Translations under genes and position numbers: made by a program
In this document: piece by piece, positions 7,679 to 16,205 of the stretch
How positions within the stretch are numbered: position 1 is the first letter of the stretch
Layout of the letters: every line of letters begins with the position of its first letter
The notes under the pieces: model-generated
Databases searched by the model: none
The model's input: only the letters and a program-made list of their open reading frames with translations
Told to the model about the DNA's origin: nothing
From: Methanobacteriota archaeon
Lineage (GTDB): Archaea > Thermoplasmatota > Poseidoniia > MGIII > CG-Epi1
DNA length: 47,496 nt
Direction of reading: 5' to 3'
Assembly: GCA_014240055.1 (NCBI GenBank)
Contig: JAAZXP010000003.1
Coordinates: 10,600 to 58,095 of the forward strand

Positions 7679-9784
7679 TTAACCAGTAATAAGCGGTAGA
7701 ACATAGTAAATTGCTAAGAAAGTTCCGAGTAAAGCTTCACCCACTATACAACCTGTAGCAATCATATAGGTGTTCAATAATTTCATGGTCCGTTCCTTTT
7801 CACTTAATCCTTTTTTCTCGACTTCAACATCAAGGAAACGGCTTTCCCAATAGTCTCTCAATCCTCCACCGACGACCATCGGTAATGTTACGACCATAGG
7901 GAGGTACATCCCTAATCCAAATGCAGTTCCCATGCCAGTTAACAATTCCATAAAAACACCAATTATTACTCCGACAGTTAATAGACTCCAAGGAGTTTGG
8001 CCGCCAAGCATAATTTGCGCAAAAGCTGCGAATGCATTAGCTTGAGGAGCATATAATATCAAATCACCGCGAGCTAAAGCTAATGATAATAATCCTGCAA
8101 ATAATGCAGCAACAATAGTGCCGGGAATAATTCCAACTAATTCAGTTTTCATAATGTGCATTGGGCGATTTCCAACATACAGTCCTGGCTTGTAATCTCC
8201 AATTACAGTTCCAGACATAGAGATCGCACCTCCGAAAACAGTGGTGCCAACTAAAGCTAAAACTGCAGTATCACTTTCATTCAAACCAATTGCTTTGAAA
8301 ATTAAGACTAGCATTAAAAGAACAATAAAACTAGTTCCAGAAACAGGTTCAATACTGGTTTCACCCATGACTTTTACTGCGATTGCACCTAACGCAAAAG
8401 TCGTTAAACATAAAACAAGTGAAAAAATAAATGAAGCAAAGAAACCAAATTGAGTTGAAAAAGTAAGAGTAATTCCAATTAAGGAGACGAGTAAGAGAAT
8501 GGGAATATGACTGATAGGCCATTCATACCATCCCCTTCCTTCAATGTAATCTTTTCTTGCAGCATCATCACTTTCTCCTTTGAAAATATCTATAACATCA
8601 GAAGCCGTAGTTTTGAAAACAGGAGCCATTTTCAACAATCCTGTAATTCCTCCACCTAGGATTGCACCTATTGCCATAGGTCTTGCGACATAGCTGTAAG
8701 AGTAGATAGACCCAATTGGTGCAAATTGACTAACTGAATGATAATTCCCATCTAGAGGATAATAGAAAGGATAGTCATACTGATATGCCAATGGAGTCAC
8801 AATGAACCAAGTAAAAAAAGTTCCTAAGCTTACCAATAAAGCGACGCGGAATCTCATGAACCAACCAATTGCTCCCATCATAGGAGTTAATTCAAACCCT
8901 AACCAAGTATAGTTAGTAATTGGATTACTCATAGGTACCATCAAATCAGCACCATCATACCATTCGATATTTTTAGAAGCAGAAGTCAAGAAAGATTCTT
9001 TAACTTCCTCACCAGCAGCATCATATGTTCCTGTTCCGAATATAGGCCAATCTCTCAAGAAAGTAAATAGCATAACTACGGCGGTTGAAATCCCTACAAG
9101 TCGGATAGAGTGCATGGCACCTTCCATACCTCCTTCTTTGGAAGTTTCTCCTGCAATGTCCATTAGTTTAATATTTGCTTCAAAACCAGGAAGAGGCAAT
9201 GGATCTTCTACTAACCAAACTCTTCTAAAAATAATAAAATAGAGACAACCTAGAAATCCGCCAAGTATAGAGGCAATCATAGCCACTCCAGCTAAAGCCC
9301 AAGAATCAGGTAAAAGTAACGAAGAATCAACAAGATAACTACCATTCATTTCATATTTAGGCGAGTATGCTAATAGATAAATTGCAGGATAAGTGAAAAC
9401 AAATCCAGTACAGACCATAGAAGCTCCAGTTGAAGCTGATGCAGACAGATTAACTTCTCCAGGAGACCATCTTAGAGCCATTGCAGAAAGATAAGCTACA
9501 TACCAAGAACCAGAGACAATCATTCCAACTTTTAAACCGACATATTGATTAATTATTGCAAATAGAATACCAATTACTAATCCCAGAAGCATTTGGTTCC
9601 ATTTCCACTTAGTAGTCCCAAATCCATCGCGTTTGTTTTTTTCTTCTAAATATTCTTCCAAAACTTCCGTATTAAAATTGGCATACATCTCAGTATCGAA
9701 GTAATCCAAAGTACCTTTTTCGATGGCTTTCAAACCTTCAGGAGTAGGAGTTTGGCGATATGCTGAAGTGCGAACTTTACTCAT
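7679..9784 (-). CDS. OPT/YSL family oligopeptide transporter
   Basis: YVGLKVG, GETSIEPVSG, DYKPG, APQA and FGLGMYLP motifs. Multi-TM, 701 aa. Confidence 0.9.
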   Translation of the reverse strand: MSKVRTSAYRQTPTPEGLKAIEKGTLDYFDTEMYANFNTEVLEEYLEEKNKRDGFGTTKWKWNQMLLGLVIGILFAIINQYVGLKVGMIVSGSWYVAYLSAMALRWSPGEVNLSASASTGASMVCTGFVFTYPAIYLLAYSPKYEMNGSYLVDSSLLLPDSWALAGVAMIASILGGFLGCLYFIIFRRVWLVEDPLPLPGFEANIKLMDIAGETSKEGGMEGAMHSIRLVGISTAVVMLFTFLRDWPIFGTGTYDAAGEEVKESFLTSASKNIEWYDGADLMVPMSNPITNYTWLGFELTPMMGAIGWFMRFRVALLVSLGTFFTWFIVTPLAYQYDYPFYYPLDGNYHSVSQFAPIGSIYSYSYVARPMAIGAILGGGITGLLKMAPVFKTTASDVIDIFKGESDDAARKDYIEGRGWYEWPISHIPILLLVSLIGITLTFSTQFGFFASFIFSLVLCLTTFALGAIAVKVMGETSIEPVSGTSFIVLLMLVLIFKAIGLNESDTAVLALVGTTVFGGAISMSGTVIGDYKPGLYVGNRPMHIMKTELVGIIPGTIVAALFAGLLSLALARGDLILYAPQANAFAAFAQIMLGGQTPWSLLTVGVIIGVFMELLTGMGTAFGLGMYLPMVVTLPMVVGGGLRDYWESRFLDVEVEKKGLSEKERTMKLLNTYMIATGCIVGEALLGTFLAIYYVLPLITG

Positions 9785-9879
9785 TTGAGATAAGCAAACA
9801 AAGACCGTAGGGTATAATACATATTGTGTATAAATTTACAGTAGGAACCTTTAAAGAATGGTCACAAGTTCAAAATTAG

Positions 9880-11391
9880 ATGCAGATACTCTCGAGGAGC
9901 ATACTTGCCGTCGCTTTTTTTGCGATAATTATGTTATCCCAATCGGCCCAAGCTGAGGAATCTGACGACTTTAATACTTTAGATTTATACTTCTATGGAG
10001 ACTTAGATAATGGTGATGGCAACATATCTACAAGGATGCCAACATCAGATACAGACACTCAGAGCGATTGCCCTCAGGACGGGAATAGACTTTCTTGGCC
10101 GGGACAAGATAGACAATGGCAAAATGTAGGCTCTTGGGAAACTCTAATGCAAACACCCGGATCTGTAGCTAGTGGAGATTATACTTTTACAATATGGGCA
10201 AATTCAACACAAGGAACAGTTGAAGACGTTCAGTTTAGAATAACAATCTTTATTGGTGATTCTGGAGGTATTACGGAAACATCGCAATCCAAGACGATTA
10301 CCGATTCGAGTGAAGTAGCGACCCGTTTTGACATTAATTTTGACATATCTAACGCTAGTTTTAGCGATCCCGATGTGACCAATGATGATGATTTTATAAT
10401 TGATTTAGAGTACTCTGGAGGAGATCCTGGTGAAAATCCACTCACAGGCGGTTCACCAACAGAGCAAATAGTAGTTTTAACTTCTAGTGCTGAGCATCCT
10501 GCAGGAGTAGGCAATCTTACGATAAACCATTACAAGGCTTGGTTTCCAGAAATAGTTGTAGAAGATTTTTCAGAGCGCGTATTTGTTAAAACACAAGTTC
10601 AAAGTGCGTTTGGAGTCTCAGATATCAATTCAAACGATTGGACTTTAGGCGTATACGGCCTTTCATCAGGTAACCAGGGTTTAACTGCTGATTTTAGTAT
10701 GAAATCCATAAATAATGACACTCATGAAGTTTCCTTTTATTGGTATTATAATCAAGATTTAGCCATAAGTGACACTTATCATTTCTTTATTCAAATAACT
10801 GACATTCAGCAAAATACATGGGAAGTTGAATCTGATGAAGATTTATACTTAGTCATCCATGGATATGAAATTGATAATTACATAGGTTCAGGAGATATTC
10901 AGATTAATAATCAAACTGGAGTTCCTACGGTAAAGGCAGGCAGTTCATTCACAGTCGATATTAGAATATCTGCACAAGGAGATCCTTTGATTTCGTATAA
11001 TCCAATTCCAGTCTCAGTTGTTTGGGTTTCAGGAACAAATGAAATTGTTTTGTATGAAACTGCAGTATTTGCAAAACCTGGCGCATCAGTCACTATATCT
11101 TATAGGCACACATTCGAAGAAAATGGAGAATATTTAATTAAAGTGATAATTGACAGAGGCAATCTAATAGCTGAATCGAATGAAAATAACAATATTGCCG
11201 AATATTTATTGACGGTCGATGAGCCGGAAAAAGAAGATATGTTACAGTCAATAATAGATAATCTGACTGGCGGCGGTACAACTTCGATGATATTATTGGT
11301 ATCAGTAGCATCTATCATATTGGCTGTTTTATTTCTGAATCGTAATAAAGTAGCTACTGACTTTGATTGGGAGGAAGACGATGAATTCTAA
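9880..11391 (+). CDS. Secreted, C-terminally anchored surface protein with CARDB-like domain
   Basis: Signal peptide ending AQA, acidic beta-rich body, D-x3-IAESNENNN CARDB signature, C-terminal TM helix and acidic tail. Confidence 0.75.
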   Translation: MQILSRSILAVAFFAIIMLSQSAQAEESDDFNTLDLYFYGDLDNGDGNISTRMPTSDTDTQSDCPQDGNRLSWPGQDRQWQNVGSWETLMQTPGSVASGDYTFTIWANSTQGTVEDVQFRITIFIGDSGGITETSQSKTITDSSEVATRFDINFDISNASFSDPDVTNDDDFIIDLEYSGGDPGENPLTGGSPTEQIVVLTSSAEHPAGVGNLTINHYKAWFPEIVVEDFSERVFVKTQVQSAFGVSDINSNDWTLGVYGLSSGNQGLTADFSMKSINNDTHEVSFYWYYNQDLAISDTYHFFIQITDIQQNTWEVESDEDLYLVIHGYEIDNYIGSGDIQINNQTGVPTVKAGSSFTVDIRISAQGDPLISYNPIPVSVVWVSGTNEIVLYETAVFAKPGASVTISYRHTFEENGEYLIKVIIDRGNLIAESNENNNIAEYLLTVDEPEKEDMLQSIIDNLTGGGTTSMILLVSVASIILAVLFLNRNKVATDFDWEEDDEF

Positions 11392-11779
11392 AATGGATAT
11401 ACGAGGGTACAAGCCAGCCGATGAAACTTTTTATGAGTACAAAGATGAAGAGGAAACTCCGCGCGGCACCCATTATCAAAAGATAGATGATGAAGATATT
11501 GAAGCTTCAACAATTGGCAGATATGCAGAAACGAAAGATTTCAAGCATTGGCCTTTCAAAGTAGGTAATGCAATGACTAATAATGTCCCTGAAGAGGTCC
11601 AACATAAAGTGGATGATGGCGGCAGTAGTGGGTATGCTACAATGAATCAGTTCATGAAAGAAGATAGTGCCAAAGAGCAAGCTTGGGTCGATAGAGAAAA
11701 TGATAGCATTTTCTCCCTTGCAATCAACAACTGGTTTGGTATGAAAGATTATATTATGTCTTATTTTCCAAAGAAATAA
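11381..11779 (+). CDS. Hypothetical protein
   Basis: Open frame overlapping the upstream stop. GGGAGGA at 11369-11375 precedes ATG 11381. Confidence 0.65.
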   Translation: MNSKMDIRGYKPADETFYEYKDEEETPRGTHYQKIDDEDIEASTIGRYAETKDFKHWPFKVGNAMTNNVPEEVQHKVDDGGSSGYATMNQFMKEDSAKEQAWVDRENDSIFSLAINNWFGMKDYIMSYFPKK

Positions 11780-11786
11780 TATTTCT

Positions 11787-11909
11787 TCAATATTTTTGAC
11801 GCTTGATAAAAGGCGTAGAATACATTTTTTCTTTCAACCATTCAAATTCAGATGTATCTTCCCATATAGGCTCTAGAGTAGAAAGAAAATCTTTTAATTC
11901 TTTAGCCAT
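11787..11909 (-). CDS. Possible 40-aa peptide downstream of radA
   Basis: ATG overlaps the radA 3' end. Translation: MAKELKDFLSTLEPIWEDTSEFEWLKEKMYSTPFIKRQKY. Fills the gap; no recognised motif. Confidence 0.4.
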   Translation of the reverse strand: MAKELKDFLSTLEPIWEDTSEFEWLKEKMYSTPFIKRQKY

Positions 11910-12855
11910 TTCGAATACCGTCTTCAGTAATACTTACCAAAGCTTCATTTTCAGGCAAGTGCGGAGAATCTACAAGTCGACAAACACGTTTACCGGCTTT
12001 TCCTCTTCTTAAATATATTCTAAACTTAGACGTGTGCCCTACTATATTTCCACCAATTGGCTTTGTAGGATCTCCAAAGAATGCGGCTGGATTCGATGAA
12101 ACTTGATTAGTTACTACAACTGCAGCATTATGCAAATCTCCAAATCGAGCTAATTCTTTCATATGGGCACTAATTTTACCTTGCCTATCTGACAATGTCC
12201 CTCTTCCAATATATTCTGCACGGAAGGCTCCAGTTAGAGAATCTACAGCTAACATTTTGATTGGATTTGTCTTAGCCATTTCATTTACTTTTTCTACCAT
12301 TAACATTTGCTGATGAGAGTTATACGCACGCCCAACATGTATTTTACTTAGAACTTCATCTGGATCTAAATCAAAAGCTTTTGACATAGAAATTATTCTT
12401 TCAGGTCTGAAAGTGTTTTCGGTATCTATTATTGCAACTTCTCCTCCTAAACCTCCTTGTTCCACCGGCAATGTAGCATTTACAGCAAGCTGTAGAATAA
12501 ATTGTGTTTTTCCAGAACCGTATTGCCCATAGAATTCAGTTATTGATTGAGTTTCAACACCTCCTCCTAATAATTCATCAAATGTACTAGAGGATGTCGT
12601 GAGCTTACCTACAGTAGCTCGCTTCTCCATTAATTCAGTTCCTGTAAGGAAAGAACCGATATCGGCAGCTTTCCTAGCCTCCAATACAAATTTAGCACAA
12701 GATTCCTTTCCAATGCCTGTAGCATCAGAAAGTGTCCCCGGTGCTTGCGTTCCTATTGCTTCTAAGGTATCGTATCCTGCTTCTCTAAGTTTATCTGCGA
12801 TAGCTGGGCCAACACCTGGAAGATCTTCTACAACTTTTATTTTTACTTCGCTCAT
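11902..12855 (-). CDS. radA: DNA repair and recombination protein RadA
   Basis: N-terminal HhH (DLPGVG), GGGVETQSITE, Walker A GSGKTQ, IDTENTFRPERI, YIGRGTLSDRQ, PIGGNIVGH. Confidence 0.98.
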   Translation of the reverse strand: MSEVKIKVVEDLPGVGPAIADKLREAGYDTLEAIGTQAPGTLSDATGIGKESCAKFVLEARKAADIGSFLTGTELMEKRATVGKLTTSSSTFDELLGGGVETQSITEFYGQYGSGKTQFILQLAVNATLPVEQGGLGGEVAIIDTENTFRPERIISMSKAFDLDPDEVLSKIHVGRAYNSHQQMLMVEKVNEMAKTNPIKMLAVDSLTGAFRAEYIGRGTLSDRQGKISAHMKELARFGDLHNAAVVVTNQVSSNPAAFFGDPTKPIGGNIVGHTSKFRIYLRRGKAGKRVCRLVDSPHLPENEALVSITEDGIRNG

Positions 12856-13839
12856 TTATGCCTCCTTATAGTGGTTAAATCTAGGTTGATAGATCAAGCC
12901 TTGATCAGTTAAAGAATCAAGAACTTCATCTAGCATGGGTCCGTCTACACCTTCCATTGAGATTGCAATGCCTAGATCATCATAGTAAATCCCATCTCCT
13001 TCATCCATTTTTCGAATCAAATTCATAACTTTTGATTCATTATCGTCTGTTTTTTTATCTTCAGTTACCTTTTCAGTTTCAACTTCCGTTTCTGGTTTTT
13101 CTTCTTTAGATATTTCAGTTTCAACTTTCGTTTCCGGGTTTTCTTTTTCAGATTGAACTGCTGCGTCAATATTATCTCCAGCAGATTCAAATTCTCCGGT
13201 AAATTCGCTTTCAGGTGATTCTAATTCTCCACCAGCTAAACGTGTTAAACAGTTGTATAATAGTGCTTGATAATTTTCAAGAGCAACACTTTGATAAAAT
13301 TCTCTTGAAAGTTTTATTCCGTCCATTTCCCGATCATTAAGTTTAAGTTTCCCAAAATCTTCTTCATTATCAAAGGCTTTAGTTGCTTTTATTCGAAGCA
13401 TGAGTCCATCACACGCCCTCACAGCCCAATGATTAACTTCCTTCATTGTAACTGCACGGATACTTTCAGGTTGAACGCTCACATATGTTCTTTCACTATC
13501 TTCAGGGGTACGTGCACGAACTTTACCTACACAAAGGACTGGAACTCCAACTTCTAACTTAGACAGAGCAGCAGCTCCTTCTGGGTTATATTGTCCAGCT
13601 TGGAGATAGTAATAATCGCCATTTGGATCAATTACTCTTGCAGTATAGAAGGGATCTTCTTCACTTCCTCGATTTTCTATTTGATCTAAAACTCCAGCAA
13701 TTAGAACTCGTGAAAGTTTTCCCCCTATTTCAGATATCAGATACGTTGGAGAGTATTCTCGATCTTCTACATGTTTTTCAATTGAAGAAGCTAGTTCTTG
13801 AGCTAGTACAAGAATTCCCGGTTCTCTTCTTTGAGCCAT
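12856..13839 (-). CDS. RPA2/RPA32-like subunit (OB fold, acidic linker, C-terminal winged helix)
   Basis: RREP...A-x-EL start, RVLIAGVL, ARVIDP-x-G, AGQYNPE, Glu-rich linker, LTDQGLIYQP wH-like end. Lies between RPA1 and radA. Confidence 0.8.
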   Translation of the reverse strand: MAQRREPGILVLAQELASSIEKHVEDREYSPTYLISEIGGKLSRVLIAGVLDQIENRGSEEDPFYTARVIDPNGDYYYLQAGQYNPEGAAALSKLEVGVPVLCVGKVRARTPEDSERTYVSVQPESIRAVTMKEVNHWAVRACDGLMLRIKATKAFDNEEDFGKLKLNDREMDGIKLSREFYQSVALENYQALLYNCLTRLAGGELESPESEFTGEFESAGDNIDAAVQSEKENPETKVETEISKEEKPETEVETEKVTEDKKTDDNESKVMNLIRKMDEGDGIYYDDLGIAISMEGVDGPMLDEVLDSLTDQGLIYQPRFNHYKEA

Positions 13840-15165
13840 TTAGCCCTCCAATGCAGCTAAAAACTGGCGTGCGGCGCTAGGAACATCAATTTCAGTTGCA
13901 GGTTCACAACTCTTTGCAAAAAAGGATAATCCATATTCATCAGACCTTGCAAATCCTCTCAATTTTAAAGGCTTCAGCAATAATGCATCTTCAATTTCCT
14001 CAAATAAGGCTTCAGGCCCAAAATTTTCTTTAACAAATTCGAGACAAGAATCAATATCTCTTCCTAATAATTTTTCAGTTATTTCACGATTGAGATATGC
14101 AGTACAAGATCCTGAACCATCATCAAAAATCATTTTTATTCTAAGATCAGGAGTTGCATTTTTACGATCATCTCCGTTCTTGATTAAGCGATTAGTTTCT
14201 TTATCTCTGAATATTAGTCCACTTCCTTCACGTATGTTGAATACATGGCCTTCTACGACAGCATCAGAAGCTCCGTTACGCTCATCTAGTTGTGATAATG
14301 AATACATTACTCCATTTTCATATTCTTGTAGAGACGGCAATGAACTATCTTCAATATCTGTAAATTTAGTATATTCTCCAAATTGTAAATCAGGTCCATT
14401 GAATTCTTTTACATATGCATTTTCAATTTTATATGTTTTTCCAGCAATAATATTATGGTCTTCCCAAGAGGTAAATCGACAAGTTCCAGTACTGTCTCCT
14501 ACAGTACCTCCAAAAATAGTCTTAGGTTCATTTTTTACAGTTATTTTCCGTGTTTCCACATCAATAATGCGTAGTTTAACAGAAACGTTACTCATTCCTG
14601 GCTTTAGATCTACTAATTGAAATTCTTGTCCCGGTTGAGCGGCTTTACTTTTAATGACTCCTAAATCTAAATTTTCTAAGTCTTTATCTTCTATTTTTTT
14701 GATACTGCCTTCATTTATGTTTAAAGTGATAATATCATTCCAACTTTTTGAATATGCATTTAGAACTTCTATAGTGTCTCCACTTTCGAAATCAAAGTTT
14801 TCACTCCAGTATGAATATCGCATTCGCATAGTTGAATCTCCGATTTCACCTTCGAAAAGAACTTTCTGAGCGCCTTCTTTAGTAGTAATTTCTTTTCTAA
14901 ATACAGATACAATTTTAGCTTTAAACTGGATATTACTTTCACCAGGTTTAATTTGTGCCAGTAATCTCTGGGCATCTACTTGTAAAACATTAGGGTTTCC
15001 ATAGTGTTTTCTTACAATTGATTCTTTGGCTGTTGCCAAATCAATTCCATATTCTTCTACGTATCTTTTTAATTCAGTTATGATTACGTTTCTTTCTAGC
15101 TTATCGCCGATTGCCTTAACAATATCGTCGACATGTGTTTCAAAATCCGCTTCGTTCGTTTGCAT
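13840..15165 (-). CDS. Replication protein A large subunit (multi-OB fold)
   Basis: Repeated OB motifs GEIGDST and GTVGDSTG; C-terminal GSGLIFR...DLRIKMIFDDGSG. SD AGGAGG upstream. Confidence 0.88.
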   Translation of the reverse strand: MQTNEADFETHVDDIVKAIGDKLERNVIITELKRYVEEYGIDLATAKESIVRKHYGNPNVLQVDAQRLLAQIKPGESNIQFKAKIVSVFRKEITTKEGAQKVLFEGEIGDSTMRMRYSYWSENFDFESGDTIEVLNAYSKSWNDIITLNINEGSIKKIEDKDLENLDLGVIKSKAAQPGQEFQLVDLKPGMSNVSVKLRIIDVETRKITVKNEPKTIFGGTVGDSTGTCRFTSWEDHNIIAGKTYKIENAYVKEFNGPDLQFGEYTKFTDIEDSSLPSLQEYENGVMYSLSQLDERNGASDAVVEGHVFNIREGSGLIFRDKETNRLIKNGDDRKNATPDLRIKMIFDDGSGSCTAYLNREITEKLLGRDIDSCLEFVKENFGPEALFEEIEDALLLKPLKLRGFARSDEYGLSFFAKSCEPATEIDVPSAARQFLAALEG

Positions 15166-15229
15166 TTTTGTTGTCCTCCTTGTTTCGATTCGTTGACAAA
15201 TTCGAATCTATCCATTACTACTACTAAGG

Positions 15230-15239
15230 GTATATATAC
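15230..15239. promoter_or_regulatory. Palindromic TATA element between divergent rpa operon and ssb
   Basis: Perfect palindrome GTATATATAC in the 149-bp divergent intergenic region. Confidence 0.6.
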
Positions 15240-15259
15240 TTTTGGGTTTTATCCCTTTT

Positions 15260-15298
15260 CCCCTAAAAGGGTAACCGCCTATTATGGGTTTTTAGGGG
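15260..15298 (+). repeat. 9-bp inverted repeat (hairpin) in putative ssb 5' leader
   Basis: CCCCTAAAA (15260-15268) and TTTTAGGGG (15290-15298), 21-nt spacer. Confidence 0.6.
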
Positions 15299-15314
15299 GC
15301 GGCGAAGCATTATA

Positions 15315-15863
15315 ATGGACCCTCTCGTCGTAAAAGTAGGTGATAATTTGAAAATAGATGAGCTAACGCCAAGAACTGGTCGCGTTAATATGCCGGTTAA
15401 AGTATTGAGTTTAGAAGAACCTCGTTCAATGGATAACGGAACTGTAATTTGTGAAGGTTTAGTTGGAGATGAAACAGGAACAGTAATAATGAGTTTTTGG
15501 AACGATGAATGTGAAACGGTCGAAAACGGAATGACGATAAACCTCAAAGATGCTAGAGCCAATTTAGTAAGAGGATATATGCGAATTAGTTTAGGTAAAA
15601 AGGGAAGTATGTCAGTGTCTGAAACTTCACTTGAATCAATAAAAGAAAGTATTAATCTTTCTGATTTAGAATATGAAATGCCTAGATTTGGAAGAGATGG
15701 AGGAGGACGCGGAGGCCCTCGTGGAGGATCGCGCGGACCGCCAAGTCGCTGGGGTATTCTAATGAAATTAAAGAGAGATACAGGAAATAAAAAGTTCTTC
15801 AATAGAGACGATATGTCTGAAGAACAAATCGAAGCCGCCATTAAGGAAATGGGAGGCGAGTAA
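15315..15863 (+). CDS. ssb: Single-OB-fold ssDNA-binding protein with Gly/Arg-rich tail
   Basis: VGDETG OB motif and RISLGKKG; RGG-rich region, as in Thermoplasma/crenarchaeal-type SSB. Confidence 0.85.
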   Translation: MDPLVVKVGDNLKIDELTPRTGRVNMPVKVLSLEEPRSMDNGTVICEGLVGDETGTVIMSFWNDECETVENGMTINLKDARANLVRGYMRISLGKKGSMSVSETSLESIKESINLSDLEYEMPRFGRDGGGRGGPRGGSRGPPSRWGILMKLKRDTGNKKFFNRDDMSEEQIEAAIKEMGGE

Positions 15864-15865
15864 CT

Positions 15866-16204
15866 CTGGCAAGAAGAGGGAGACACAGGCGCCGAGGACC
15901 CACCAAAGCCCAGCCCCCTCAAAGAAAAGATAAAAAAGTTCAAAAGAGAAATAAACCAAAGGCAATGCTGAATGAAGGCCGTCGAACTGAATTATTGTAC
16001 TTTATGCGAGAAATAGTTTTACAGGCAGGCGTTTCTGAAAAATTAGCTGAGCCTTTTATGGCTTCTTTAGCTGCAAAAGGAGCTAGAGAATCAGTAAGTA
16101 ATGCAATGGAGTTTTTAGATTCTAAAATTGAAGAAGGGTTTATTTCAGAAGACACTAGAGATCCAATTAGAAAAGTAATGAAAAGATTTACAAAAATTCG
16201 TTGA
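15866..16204 (+). CDS. Hypothetical protein with basic N-terminus, probable CTG start
   Basis: The frame of track ORF 15965..16204 is open upstream to CTG 15866, giving MARRGRHRRRGPTKAQ.... GGAGG lies 9 nt upstream. The start is uncertain; the ORF body is solid. Confidence 0.7.
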   Translation: MARRGRHRRRGPTKAQPPQRKDKKVQKRNKPKAMLNEGRRTELLYFMREIVLQAGVSEKLAEPFMASLAAKGARESVSNAMEFLDSKIEEGFISEDTRDPIRKVMKRFTKIR

Positions 16205-16205
16205 A

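Noticed and set aside
14090-14620. Numerous 60-176-aa ORFs antisense to or nested within known genes (this one, 39058-39555, 42710-43099 and others)
   Set aside because: Shadow frames of well-supported genes.
15263-15943. 226-aa minus-strand ORF
   Set aside because: Antisense shadow of ssb with no motifs.
15861-15971. Stop read-through or pseudogene: the ssb frame stays open 35 codons past TAA 15861
   Set aside because: Better explained by the other frame, which extends the downstream gene from CTG 15866 with an SD.
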